A DNA stretch of 64,000 nt from the NCBI GenBank assembly GCA_951406725.2, contig OX597820.1:122512001-122576000 (forward strand), read 5' to 3'. The stretch is from Octopus vulgaris. Lineage: Eukaryota. The notes under the pieces are model-generated. The model was not told the origin of the DNA. It worked only from the letters and a program-made list of their open reading frames with translations, and searched no databases. A program made the position numbers and the translations under genes. Positions 40,923 through 52,962 of this stretch are shown one piece after another. Positions within the stretch are counted from its first letter, which is position 1, and each line of letters begins with the position of its first letter.

Positions 40923-41900
40923 ATGTTCAATAATATTGAAATCTGGGCACTGTGGTGCCCAGATAAGATGTTCAACTTCCCTAGAATGTTCCTCGTGCCA
41001 TTCAGTAACAACTGTAGCTGTGTGTGTTGGTGCATTATCATCCTAAAAGATTGTGTTTCCCTCCGGAAACAGTTCCGCAACCATAGCATGAATGTGATCA
41101 GATAAAATGCTGAAATAATCTTGGCTATTGATTCTGCCATGAAGGGAAACTACTGGCCCAGTGGATTTCCAAGATATAGATCCCCCCAGATCATCACAGA
41201 TCTCCATGTTTAACAGTTTCGGTCAAATGCTTCTTTTGGCGGTCTCCATGCATATACTTGGCCAGTGGATGGAAAGGAAGTAAAAGATGACTCGTCCGAG
41301 AAAATAACATTCTTCAACTTCTCTAGGGACCAATTCTGTAGGTTTTTACTCCACTCTAAACGCTTTGCAACGTTTGCTTTTGAAAGTAGTGGTTTTCTGC
41401 TTGCAGCCCTCCCGTGAATTCTAGCTTTGTGCAGCTCCCGGCGAACAGTTTTTGTGGAAACTGGGTTCTCTAGGTGGTCATTAAGCTCTGCAGTAATTTT
41501 GGGAGCTGTACTTTTGTGATCCTTTCTAACAATTCATGTAAGAGTCTGATGGTCCCTATCTGAAAGTTTTGGTTTTCTTCCAGAGTTTTGTTTCGACAAG
41601 GAGGTTTTTTCCCTCTTTCTCAAAGGCTGTCATTACTTTCAAGGTAGTACTTCTTGATACACCAAACATTTTGGCTGTTTTTGCTATGCTAGTGCCTGCC
41701 ATATGAGCACCAACAATCTGACCTCTTTGAAAGTCAGATAGATCTGTCATTTTAATGAGTTTAAATTACCTTTTACTCATGATATCTGGAAAGAAACATC
41801 AATTTTGATAAAACATATTAAGCAACACTAATAATAAATAAAAAAAAACAAAAAATAAACAAGCTTTTGATGGTTTTATAGATATTTCAAAATTATGATA
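40923..41900 (-). mobile_element. Tc1-type (DD34E) transposase pseudogene
   Basis: MTDLSDFQRGQIVGA at 41750; DDNAPTHTA...WAPQCPDFNIIEH at the low-coordinate end; stops and frameshifts present. Confidence 0.85.
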
Positions 41901-42023
41901 TATGTATATATATATATATATAACGTCCGTTCTCCATGCTAGCATGGGTTGGACCATGCTAGACCATGGGTTGGACCATGCTGGACCATGGGTTGGACCA
42001 CTATATATATATATATATATATA

Positions 42024-42216
42024 GGCATAGGAGTGGCTGTGTGGTAAGTAGCTTGCTTACGAATCACATGGTTCCAGGTTGGTTCAGTCCCACTGCATGG
42101 CACCTTGGGCAAGTGTCTTCTACTATAGCCTCAGGCCAACCAAAGCCTTGTGAGTGGATTTTGTAGATGGAAACTGAAAGAAGCCCATTGTATATTTGTG
42201 TGTGTGTGTGTGCATG

Positions 42217-42247
<31 letters not shown>

Positions 42248-42470
42248 ATGTATGCACGTTTGTGTCTGTGTTTGCCCCCCCCCTCCCAACATCACTTGAC
42301 AAACGATGCTGGTGCGTTAACGTCCCCGTAACTTAGTGGTTCAGTATAAGAGACCGATAGATTAAGTACTAGGCTTACAAAAAATAAGTCCCGGGCGCAA
42401 TTTGCTCAACTAAAGGCAGTGCTCCAGCATGACCCCAGTCAAATGGCTGAAACAAGTAAAAGAGTAAAGA
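42024..42470 (+). mobile_element. SINE family A
   Basis: Similar to the copy at 4299. Confidence 0.88.
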
Positions 42471-42656
42471 TATACATATATATGTATGTATATATAAATA
42501 TATATATAAATTATGATATATATACACACACAAACACATACATGTAGATACATAAACACATACATGTATATATATATATAACACATACATATATATATAT
42601 ATATATCCATATATATATATACACACACACACCCACCCACACACACACATATATAT

Positions 42657-42687
<31 letters not shown>

Positions 42688-43655
42688 AAAGTATATATAT
42701 AAAATATATATATAGGTGTTTCACAAAATCGATCATGGGAGCGATGACGTCCAACTTCGTTATATCTATGATATTATCCCCCCCACCCCCCACCCGCTAT
42801 TTAATGTTGCATTACTCGAGAGATGGCCTGTTGCAGCACTGAAGTGATTTGCATTCAAACTTACTCTTCCCCCAAATGGCTTGTATATGCAGAAAATAAT
42901 TTTCCTCCCATTAAGTCATTGCATTGAGCAGAGTGACTGTTTTCCCTCTTCTACATCTTTGCTTTTCGGTAGAAGTGAAACGTTTTTAAAGCAGAATAAA
43001 TAAAATGCTTGATTTGTGAACGTTTAGATAACTCTATATAAGTTTGGATTTTGAGTTGGAACACGGATGTTTTATTTTGAAAGGGTAGCTGAGTCGGGTG
43101 GAATGTTGTTACAGCGAAATATTTATCCTAAACATCAGCAATGCAGGTGAATCTGTTTGAAAGTAGATTGAAATCTAGGATGCAGGTTTCACATCACCTG
43201 AGCTCCTCTTCTTGATGAGAGTAGCACTGTTGAAACTTGATAGAATAATCAGTGGAGGCCATATCAAGAAAGCTCCAAGCATCAGTTTACACTTCTACAG
43301 TACACTGTTACATTAGACTAACTGTAACAATGAAGGAGCTCTTTGTAGTCACTATAACTGCTAGAAATGGCTGTCAGATTTCTCTCAAATGAAGCCTAAC
43401 CTTTTTAGGAAATGATGGACACATTGCATAATGGGAACCAACAGAAGAGATGATTCCAGCTGGATTGTCTTTGGTCATGTGTCTACCGAAAGAAGATTGG
43501 TCTGGAGCAAAACATCAACAGCATAGACTCTAGACCAAGCTATATTTGTGGGTCTTTTATTTGGCTCTTTTATGTTGAATCTGCTATAAAATGATAGCAA
43601 AATCTCATCCAGCCATCTTGGGAAAGCTACATCAGGTAATGGTTATCTTACATAA

Positions 43656-43885
43656 GGCGGTGAGCTGGCAGAAACGTTAGCACGCCTGGCGAAATGCTTA
43701 GCGGTATTTCGTCTGCGTTATGTTGTGAGTTCAAATTCCACCGAGGTCGACTTTGCCTTTCGTCCTTTCAGGGTCGATAAATTAAGTACCAGTTACGCAC
43801 TGGGGTCGATGTAATCGACTTAATACCTATGTCTGTCCTTGTTTGTCCCCTCTGTGTTTAGCTCCTTGTGGGTAATAAAGAAATA
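43656..43885 (+). mobile_element. tRNA-derived SINE family B, full length with target-site duplication
   Basis: ggcggtgagctggcagaa...gagttcaaattcc. The direct repeat aggtaatggttatcttacataag is at 43634-56 and 43885-907. Confidence 0.92.
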
Positions 43886-45042
43886 GGTAATGGTTATCTT
43901 ACATAAGCTTTAAAAAGATGATTGGTCAATGTTTGACTGACTTTGATGGTTGATCCGATCAATCAGGTGCTTGCAATTAAATAACAACAATGCCATGACC
44001 CCCACCCCCAACTCCATCACCACTCTTCTACACTGCACTATATTAAATAAAACAAATGAAAGACTAGTTTATGGCAGTGTTTCGAGGTTGTTGTCATACC
44101 AGAATATTTCCTTTGCCTCGATTCTATAAAAACCGTTTTATTCCTCTCTCGACAAAAACAACAGAATCAGCACAAACAACTGCAACTACCAGCAATACAA
44201 ACAACAACAACACCACCACAAAGCATAACATTCTTCTGTTTGTTGTTTAACATGTATCTTCATGTCTTTATATATATTTTTTTATTTGTAGTTTTCTATC
44301 CTCCCCCATCCCGACCCCCCCACATTCATATTGATTTCTGCATTCCCACCCCCACCCCCCTGCTTACACCCCCTCTCCTACCAGCCAGCCAGCCAGCCAA
44401 CCAACCAACCAGACCAGCACTATTGATTACTATTTGATCAGTCATGCAAACAATTAGTATTGAATAGTTAATGTTCAAGCTGAAAGAAGAACTGGAAGGT
44501 TTTTTTTGGTTTTTTTTCTTTCGGGGGTGGGGGGATGGGAGGGGGCAGTGCTGTTTTGTTGCAGTTGGTGTTGTTTTCAATATCAATGGTTAATGTGATG
44601 TGTTGGCCATCATGCTGCTGATGACTGTGCAAATGCTTGTAGTATGGTAGCACCATTAGACCTTGGATTGGTTTCCATACTAAATGAAGACTAAAATGGT
44701 TTGGTGGCCGTCACCAGTATCGTCCTGTCACTGCTGCTTCAGTTGTTCTTTGGAAAAAATTCTTGGTAGGCACAAGAGGTTTTAGAGAATGTTCTAGTAA
44801 TGTTAATATGTGTGTATGTGGTGGTGGTGGTGGGGGGGGTAGAGTGATGGTTGATTGAATTATTTCTTTTTTGTTCTTCTTTGAAAACAGGCATGAACAA
44901 CACAACATTATTTATCACATAGACCCAGTTTAATTCATCCTTATATGGAGGTTTCTATCAGCAGGTTTCATTATATAAAACTACGAACCTATGTTTTGTG
45001 TGTGCTTAGTATTTTCAAAATATAGGTTCATAGTCTGTGTAG

Positions 45043-45096
<54 letters not shown>

Positions 45097-45146
45097 ACTA
45101 AGGACTCCGTGTGGGCAGTCATCTAAAAGGTTTTGTTTGTCATAAG

Positions 45147-45245
45147 TTCCTTGTCTTTCCTGATGAGAAGACGGCATAATGCACTCTTTATTCCTTCGGA
45201 ATTAAGAATATGCCGTCTTTGAAACATGTGTCGACAATAAAGGAA
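45147..45245 (+). ncRNA. Type I hammerhead ribozyme motif with long stem II (same family as 27694)
   Basis: CTGATGA at 45160-66; 12-bp stem II gaagacggcata/tatgccgtcttt; GAAAC at 45221-25, then atgt, then GTC at 45230-32. Confidence 0.75.
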
Positions 45246-45278
45246 TTTTGTTAAATTGTCGTTCGACTCCATTCTTTC

Positions 45279-45315
<37 letters not shown>

Positions 45316-45322
<7 letters not shown>

Positions 45323-45597
45323 TGCCCCCTCGTTATCGCGTATGGCCTATTGCACGAAGCTTAACTGTTACTGGAGCTGTGATCGAATGTGACTTTTTAG
45401 CACAACCAAAGATCTACAATGTCTTGTATAGAATTGGCAACTAAAACCTTTACCGGTAATAGCCAGCTGTAGTTGTAACTGGGCTTCATGTACCTTTGCA
45501 TGTTGTTTAAGTCCTCCTGCCGAATTACACTCTCTTCCACATGCCCAACAGATATGATTAGTATGGTGTCTAACACCACCACCAGTGGCCAGGTTGT

Positions 45598-45600
<3 letters not shown>
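45316..45600 (-). mobile_element. LINE (probably RTE-type) C-terminal fragment with C2H2-like fingers, between microsatellites
   Basis: [23 protein letters not shown]...[22 protein letters not shown] followed by a stop and a short tail. Confidence 0.55.
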
Positions 45601-45671
<71 letters not shown>

Positions 45672-46070
45672 TACACACACACATATACATATACATACAC
45701 GCACATATATATATATATATACACAGACACACACACATACACACATATATATATACCTACATATATCTATCTATCTATCTATCTATATATATATATATAC
45801 ACACATACATACACACACACACACACACACTGATTACTTGTTTGGTCAAGAGAAGAAAATATATTTAATACCAAAATATATCACTGAAAGACTGAAAAAC
45901 AATCAACGAAATGTATAAAATGCCCACGTGGGGGCAGGGCAGGCGATATCAAATTAAAGAGGAGGGGAATGAAAAGAGAAAAGATGCTGCCAGTTTGAAG
46001 AACAACAAATGGTAACGGATATTGCAATACTCTCTTTTACTCTTTTAAGAGTAAAAGAGAGTATTGCATA

Positions 46071-46650
46071 GGTGCAGGAGTGGCTGTGTGGTAAGTAGCT
46101 TGTTTACCAACCACATGGTTCTGGGTTCAGTCCCACTGCGTGGCACCTTGGGCAAGTGTCTTCTACTATAGCCTCGGCCCGACCAAAGCCTTGTGAGTGG
46201 ATTTGGTAGACGGAAACTGAAAGAAGCCTGTCGTATAAATGTATATACTCTTTAAACTCTTTAACTTGTTTCAGTCATTTGACTGCGGCCATGCTGGAGA
46301 ATCACCTTTAGTCGAGCAAATCGACCCCGGAACTTATTCTTTGTAAGCCCAGTACTTATTCTATCAGTCTCTTTTGCCGAACCGCTAAGTGACGGGGACG
46401 TAAACACACCAGCATCGGTTGTCAAGCAATGCTAGGGGGACAAACACAGACACACAAACATATACACACACTTATATATATAAATACATATATACGACAG
46501 GCTTCTTTCAGTTTCCGTCTACCAAATCCACTCACAAGGCATTGGTCGGCCCGGGGCTATAGCAGAAGGCACTTGCCCAAGATGCCACGTGGTGGGACTG
46601 AACCCGGAACCATGTAGTTGGTTAGCAAGCTACTTACCACACAGCCACTC

Positions 46651-46686
<36 letters not shown>

Positions 46687-46881
46687 TGTGTGTGTTTGTG
46701 TTTGTCCCCCTAGCATTGCTTGACAACCGATGCTGGTGTGTTTATGTCCGCGTTACTTAGTGGTTCGGCAAAAGGGACCGATAGAATAAGTACTGGGCTT
46801 ACAAAAGAATAAGTCCCGGGGTCGAGTTGCTCGATTAAAGGCGGTGCTCCAGCATGGCCGCAGTCAAATGACTGAAACAAG
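46071..46881. mobile_element. SINE family A (+) with a second full copy nested in reverse (about 46247-46653)
   Basis: 5' half at 46071-46235, inverted copy, then 3' half at 46690-46881. Direct repeat gatattgcaata at 46018 and 46881. Confidence 0.9.
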
Positions 46882-47841
46882 ATATTGCAATAAGGACATT
46901 TTATTTAAAAGATGCTGTCTTCTTCTTCTTCTGACGTTTCCCAATGGCTTTTCGTTTATTGTGAAATTGATTGAGCTGAAGATATTTGATGTGAATGGTT
47001 AATGTCCAAGCTGAAAGAAGAACTGGAAGTTTCTTTTTGTTCTTTTTTTCTCTTTCGGGAGGATGGGGGAGCTGTATTGTTGCAGCTAGTGTTGTTTCCA
47101 ATATCAATATGCAATTGTTCTCCCTCTCTTGCATCTCGTTATGTAAATCCCTACATAAACTGTAAACCGTCTTTCTAATATCCCTCTTATCAAATGAACA
47201 AAATCAGCCGAGTTTCTCATTGATGTCCAGGCAATGAGAACCTTTTTCTGTACGTATTCTGTGTCCAGGGCCGGAGCATTGCTGACTTGTAGAGTTATAT
47301 ATCTAACCCCTGCTGCCATATGTAAGAGGATGGATTCAGATCTCAGATGACTCTATTGTAAAGATCATACTAGCTCCTCCCTTTTATGAACCAGTAGGCA
47401 GTCATTGTCCAGTGACTCTGATGAAAGGTGTTATGTGGTAAACAAGCTTGAAAGGGTCGAAGGAAAACTTCCTCTTTGGTCTAACTCTCATCAAGTTCTC
47501 TTGAAAAGAAATATGGGAATGGAGAATGAAGTGTTGCCTCCTAGCAAATTTGTTGAAAGGTGGGTGAATGATGAACCTAAATCCAAATGACCTGGCCTGC
47601 CGTGAGTATGTACCTGTAGATTAGGGTTTTCAACAATAGCCCATGGAGGTCTCTCATTTTGGGGAATTTTGTTTTGTTCTTTTCATTTTCTACATGTTTT
47701 TTATGTAATACCACACTGTATTGTCCTATACTGTTCTCGATTTTGTCAACCCCTGGAGTTAATAGAGAAAGTAGTTTTATTTACAATTAAATGGAGTTGA
47801 TGTTATGAGCCAAAATTATTCCTATTATTATTATTATTATT

Positions 47842-48172
47842 CAGTAGTATAATTTTTATATCATGATTTCACTTCACTACCGAGCACAGCTCTGTGTGCC
47901 TTGGGTATGTGCTGTGATTTGTTGTGATGCACTGATGGTTACTGTATGGAAAGTGTTCTGCATAGGATGTGTGCAGTGCCCAGTAGTGCAATTTTCTGTA
48001 TGGTATATGTGTTTGTAAGTCCTGGTGTTTTTGTTATGTATTTGTCTGAATATTTTTTAATCATATCTAATGCACCTACTATGAGAGGAATTGTTTCTGT
48101 TTTTAGATTCCACATTCTGGTTACCTCTATTTCCAGGTCTTTGTATTTTGAGAGTTTCTCCATTTCTTTTAT
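47842..48172 (-). mobile_element. 5'-truncated R4/Dong-like non-LTR retrotransposon (RLE endonuclease C-terminus plus 3' UTR) in a (TAA)n tract
   Basis: ORF 47939..48286 contains KEMEKLSKYKDLEIEVTRMW...PLIVGAL...QKIALLGTAHILCRTL, typical of the R4-clade C-terminus. (TAT)n lies on both sides. Confidence 0.8.
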
Positions 48173-48203
48173 CATTATTATTATTATTATTATTATCTTA
48201 CAG

Positions 48204-48503
48204 ATAAACGGTGTCAACTTGTTGACTGTTGAGTACAACCGGGAGACAAACACAGAAACTGTAATGGACAAGTCTATGAGAGACATACTAACAGTTGTCT
48301 ACGACAACACTGGCCTGCCAACCCATTTTCTGCCCAACACTGGTCACAATGACTTGAATATTAGCTACACCAGACACGGCGCAGTAGAGAAATGGCAATA
48401 TGGTGAACTTACTGAACAACGCATGTACGAGAAGGGAATGATGGTGGAAAAGATTTCCACAAATGGCGCTCAATATCGGTATATTTATAGTTACGGGCTT
48501 AAA
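48204..48503 (+). CDS. TENM: Teneurin exon (300 nt, phase 0 to 0), start of YD repeats: INGVNLLTVEYNRETNTETVMDK...QYRYIYSYGLK
   Basis: Acceptor cttacag at 48197-48203 and donor AAA|gtaagt at 48504. Lies in ORF 47946..48608 and is in frame with both neighbouring exons. Confidence 0.93.
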
Positions 48504-48690
48504 GTAAGTATAAACAGAGATGTCTTCATTGTTGATTTTTGTTTTTGTCAACACACTCACACTAAACACTACCCCTCTATTTATATATATATATGTATGT
48601 ATATATAGCTATACATAGATATATGTGTGTGTATGTATGTCCATATTTCGCTCGGTCTCATATATATATGTATGTATGTCTGTATGCATG

Positions 48691-48732
<42 letters not shown>

Positions 48733-50710
48733 CATACATATGTATATATATACATACATACATGCCTATGTGTATATATATATATATATATATACACATA
48801 TCATCATCACCATCATCATCAATGAGATGTCATGTGACTGTGTGGTTCAGTAGGTTGCTTTCCAGTTACATGAATTCAGGTTCCATTCCACTGCGTGGTA
48901 CTTTGGGTAAGTAACTTCTGTTATAGCCCCAGGCTGACCAAAGCCTTGAGAATGGATTTGGTAGATGGAAACTGAATGAAGCCTATTATATATTTATATA
49001 TGTGAATGTGAGAGTGTGAATGTATTTGTGCTTCCTTGTCTTGAGACTGCATCATAATCCTTAATGAATATCACTGCCATTCTTTTTACCATTGCTGCCT
49101 ACTGGCCCTTCCATCTTCCGTTTTCCTATTTCTGGCTGTTCCATACACTCTTGCAAATCCCCACCCTCATCTACCTACACTCCCAATTTCTCAGTCCCTA
49201 TATACTTCTATTCACCTCTTACCTTGAGGGGCCACCTAGACACCTTATCAGCACAATTTAGTGTGTTTACAGTACCCTGTCCTCATTCTCTCTCTTCTGA
49301 ATGTAAGCAACCATGTAGCTTCTCCACACCACAAGAAACCTGATCTGTCCCCTTCTCTCATCTCCACGCATCAATGGGGTTCATACTCTTGCATACCGTG
49401 GGGTGACTTCAGTAATGCTGGTGGCATGGCTGGAGCACTCAGTTTGTGTTATAAAGCAGTTGGCACTAATTAGAAATGGCCAACTGTAGAACACACTGTG
49501 GAACCAGGCTCCGGAGCATGATGCAGCTCTTGAAGCCACTGGATCCCATCAAACTGTTCAATCCATGCTAGCATGTGACACGGATGTTCACTACGCTTCA
49601 AGGATCAGACATCTTCATTTACATTTGGTGAATGTAGCTTTGACCAAGAGGAATTAGTGTCATTAGATGATATTCAAGCATCCCACAATCATTGGGTATT
49701 TTGACCCTGAGTGGTAATGTTTTCCCGTTGGTGTATCAGCAGGGCGGGGGTAGCCAATGTCATCATCTTCTTTTGATCCAGCTTAGCTCCTCTCTTTTGT
49801 GCTCCAGTACCGGTAACAGACTCTTTCTTAGCTCATCTTTCTCAGCTCATCTTTCTTTTGTGTAATGTTAAGACATGAGAGAGGAGGATTTTACAAAGTG
49901 AGTCTGAGTGAAAGCAGGAGCTAAAGCAAACATGCAAGAGAAAGAGGGTGGAAGTGATAGAGAGATCTTAACATGGAGAGTGAGGATGGGAAGAGAGATA
50001 AGGGTGTGACGGGGGAAAGTTTGTGGCTTCACTGCATCTTCAGTTATCTCGGTTTTTTATCTCCCTACAAGTGCACACACACACACAAAAAAATATGTCA
50101 GACTTTTGTCACTCTCTCTCTCCCTCAAATCCTCTCACAAAGTTTTGGCTAGTCTTGGGCTACAGAAAAAAAAACTCCTTGTCTAGTGTGGCCTGGGATG
50201 GGGCCGAACCAGAGAACACGTGGTTGGAGAGCAAACCTCTTAACCACACAACCATACCTTAGAAAATGCATGAAAAATAAAAATTATCCCGATTATTCAA
50301 TTTATAAGATCTTCCCTCCTTCCCTCCCCCTCAACCACTCTCAATCTTGTCACCTCTTTGACATCATTTTTTAATGCTTTTTGTTGTTTTTGGTTCTACT
50401 TTTCTTGCATGGTATGTTGGTGTGGATGTTCTTTTAGTTAGTCATTGTCTTCCTCCTCCCCTCCTCCTCATTATCATCATCATCCAGATCAAGTGAAGTT
50501 TCCTGCTGTGTTATATCTATATGTCTCTTCAAATATTGTACCCACCCCCGAGACTGTATTGGTTGGCTCTCGTCAGAAATAAAGAAATAAAAAATGTAAT
50601 AAACGTGAAACATAAAAGCACAAAAATAATCGAATAAAAAAACATGAAATGAAAAAGGTAAAGAAAATAAACAAAGTACCTACTACTACTACAACTACTA
50701 CTACTACTAC

Positions 50711-50746
<36 letters not shown>

Positions 50747-51662
50747 CATTATTGTTGTTGTTGTTGCTGTTGTGTTTCTTCTTGTAATTTCATCAATTGT
50801 TTTTAGTCCGTTGCAATAAATAGTGCTTGACATTTTCCAAAGAAACGTTAAATGCCTCCTCGCAGGAACTGACTACTTCTGACCTATTGTCCTTCTTGGG
50901 ATAACAATTTTTTTTTTTTTGGCTTATTTTTTTTCTTTGTTTCTTAATTTTTATTCTCCCAACTGCCAACATTTTAATGGCACTCTCTAGCGTATATATA
51001 TGTGTATGTGTGTATGCGTGTGTGTGTGTGTGTGTTAGTACCAGTCTGCATGCGTAGTTTCCTCAATCGTGTATTTTCTCACTGCTGCTTACACTACTGT
51101 GCTAATTCTGTTCTCCTTCCCACAACTACAGACTTACACACCCTTGAAATATTACTTCATCTCTCCTATTCTCTGGAGTGACCCAATGAGGGGAACTTCG
51201 AAGTGGCCATGGAATATTTAAGAAATAGCAGCCTAGTTTTCTTGAGAATGCATCTTGCAGTCTTAATTCAGTCCAAGATACATAATGCTCACGAGAAGGA
51301 CAGAAAAATGGTAGCAAGAATACATTTTGTCCTAAGTCTGCTCAGAGATAATCTGTGGTGGATTATGGTATCCCAAAGATTGAGAGATTTTATTGATTGA
51401 GCAGTTGTGAGAAATATAAATAATTTGCTTTGTAAAAGAAAAAAAAAAATTCTTGTTTCTTTTTTCTTAACTGACAATTTTTTAGCAGGTATACACCATC
51501 AACTACCATATCATAAGTTTGTGAGTTCAAATCTGATGCCTGTATTTTCTGTCGTTATAGTAGTACCTCTTACACTTCATTCTGAATGTGTTTCAGTCCC
51601 TTTTACTGCCAAAAATATATAACAAGTCAATGTCCAATAAAGTCACAGGAAATTCAAATGGA

Positions 51663-52062
51663 CTCTCTTTACTCTTTTACTTGTTTCAGTCATTTGACTG
51701 CGGCCATGCTGGAGCACCGCCTTTAGTCGAGCAAATCGACCTCGTGACTTATTCTTTGTAAGCCCAGTACTTATTCTATCGGTCTCTTTTGCCGAACCGC
51801 TAAGTGATGGGGACATAAACACACCAGCATCGGTTGTCAAGCAATGCTAAGGGGACAAACACAGACACACAAACACACACACATATATATATATATATAT
51901 GACAGGCTTCTTTCAGTTTCCGTCTACCAAATCCACTCACAAGGCATTGGTCGGCCCGGGGCTATAGCAGAAGACACTTGCCCAAGATGCCACACGGTGG
52001 GACTGAACCCGGAACCATGTGGTTGGTTAGCAAGCTACTTACCACACAGCCACTCCTGCGCC
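51663..52062 (-). mobile_element. SINE family A
   Basis: Near-identical to the copies at 46247-46653 and 61583-61971. Confidence 0.9.
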
Positions 52063-52627
52063 TATTGGACTGTTACCATTTCCAAAATGAAGTCTATGAA
52101 TTCTGCAGTTTTGTGGCTTTCTATAGTAATTCCATATTAAGTAAGATGTACAGAATGCTGTTCTGGACCAGAAATGCTTTTCTCACTAATAATGAATTAC
52201 TTAATTCTATTTTGTGTTTATCAGTCTGACTTTACACACAGACATATATGCATTTACACATACACAGACATATATGCACATACATTTACTATAGAAATTT
52301 GACCTAGAAAATGATAAATTTCACATGTTTTGAAAAAATATAAGAAAATGACAAAACCAGTGGTTTCAGGAAATTTGATATTGTCTGGAATACAGAATTC
52401 ATATTGGCAAGAAATGCATATTAAATGATTCTGACATATTCAGCTATTTTTAAGTTGGTTGGCTGGCAGACTGATTAGCGTCATCATCGTTTAGCGTCCG
52501 CTTTCCATGCTAGCATGGGTTGGACATGCAGAACTAAAGGCTTTGTGTCATTTCGTTTGTCTTTACATTCTGAGTTCAACTTCAGTCAGGGTCAGATCTA
52601 ATCAACCAGCAACACCCTATCTACTCA

Positions 52628-52828
52628 ACATCATCATCATCATCATCATTTAACGTCCGTTTTCCGCACTAGCACGGGTGGGATGGTTCGACCGGGGTCT
52701 GGGAAGCCAGGGGTTGCACCAGGCTCCAGTCTGATCTGGCAGAGTTTCTACAGCTGGATGCCCTTCCTAACACCAACCACTCCACGAGTGTAGTAGGTGC
52801 TTTTTACGTGCCACCTGCACAGGTGCCC
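52628..52828 (-). mobile_element. RTE 3'-UTR fragment about 135 bp upstream of the YD exon
   Basis: Family signature. Confidence 0.8.
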
Positions 52829-52962
52829 ACACGCAATCTCCAAAAATTTCAGCCCTTGAACTTATTATCATTTATAGCATAAATTTGTGTTGTTCTATAT
52901 ATGACTTGTTTGAATCCATCTCCAACTATATGTTTCCTAAAAAATTTTCTTATCTCTTCCAG

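Noticed and set aside
45368-45600. Nested C2H2 zinc-finger gene
   Set aside because: Only two fingers, the second broken, set between microsatellites with no clear acceptor. A LINE C-terminus fits better.
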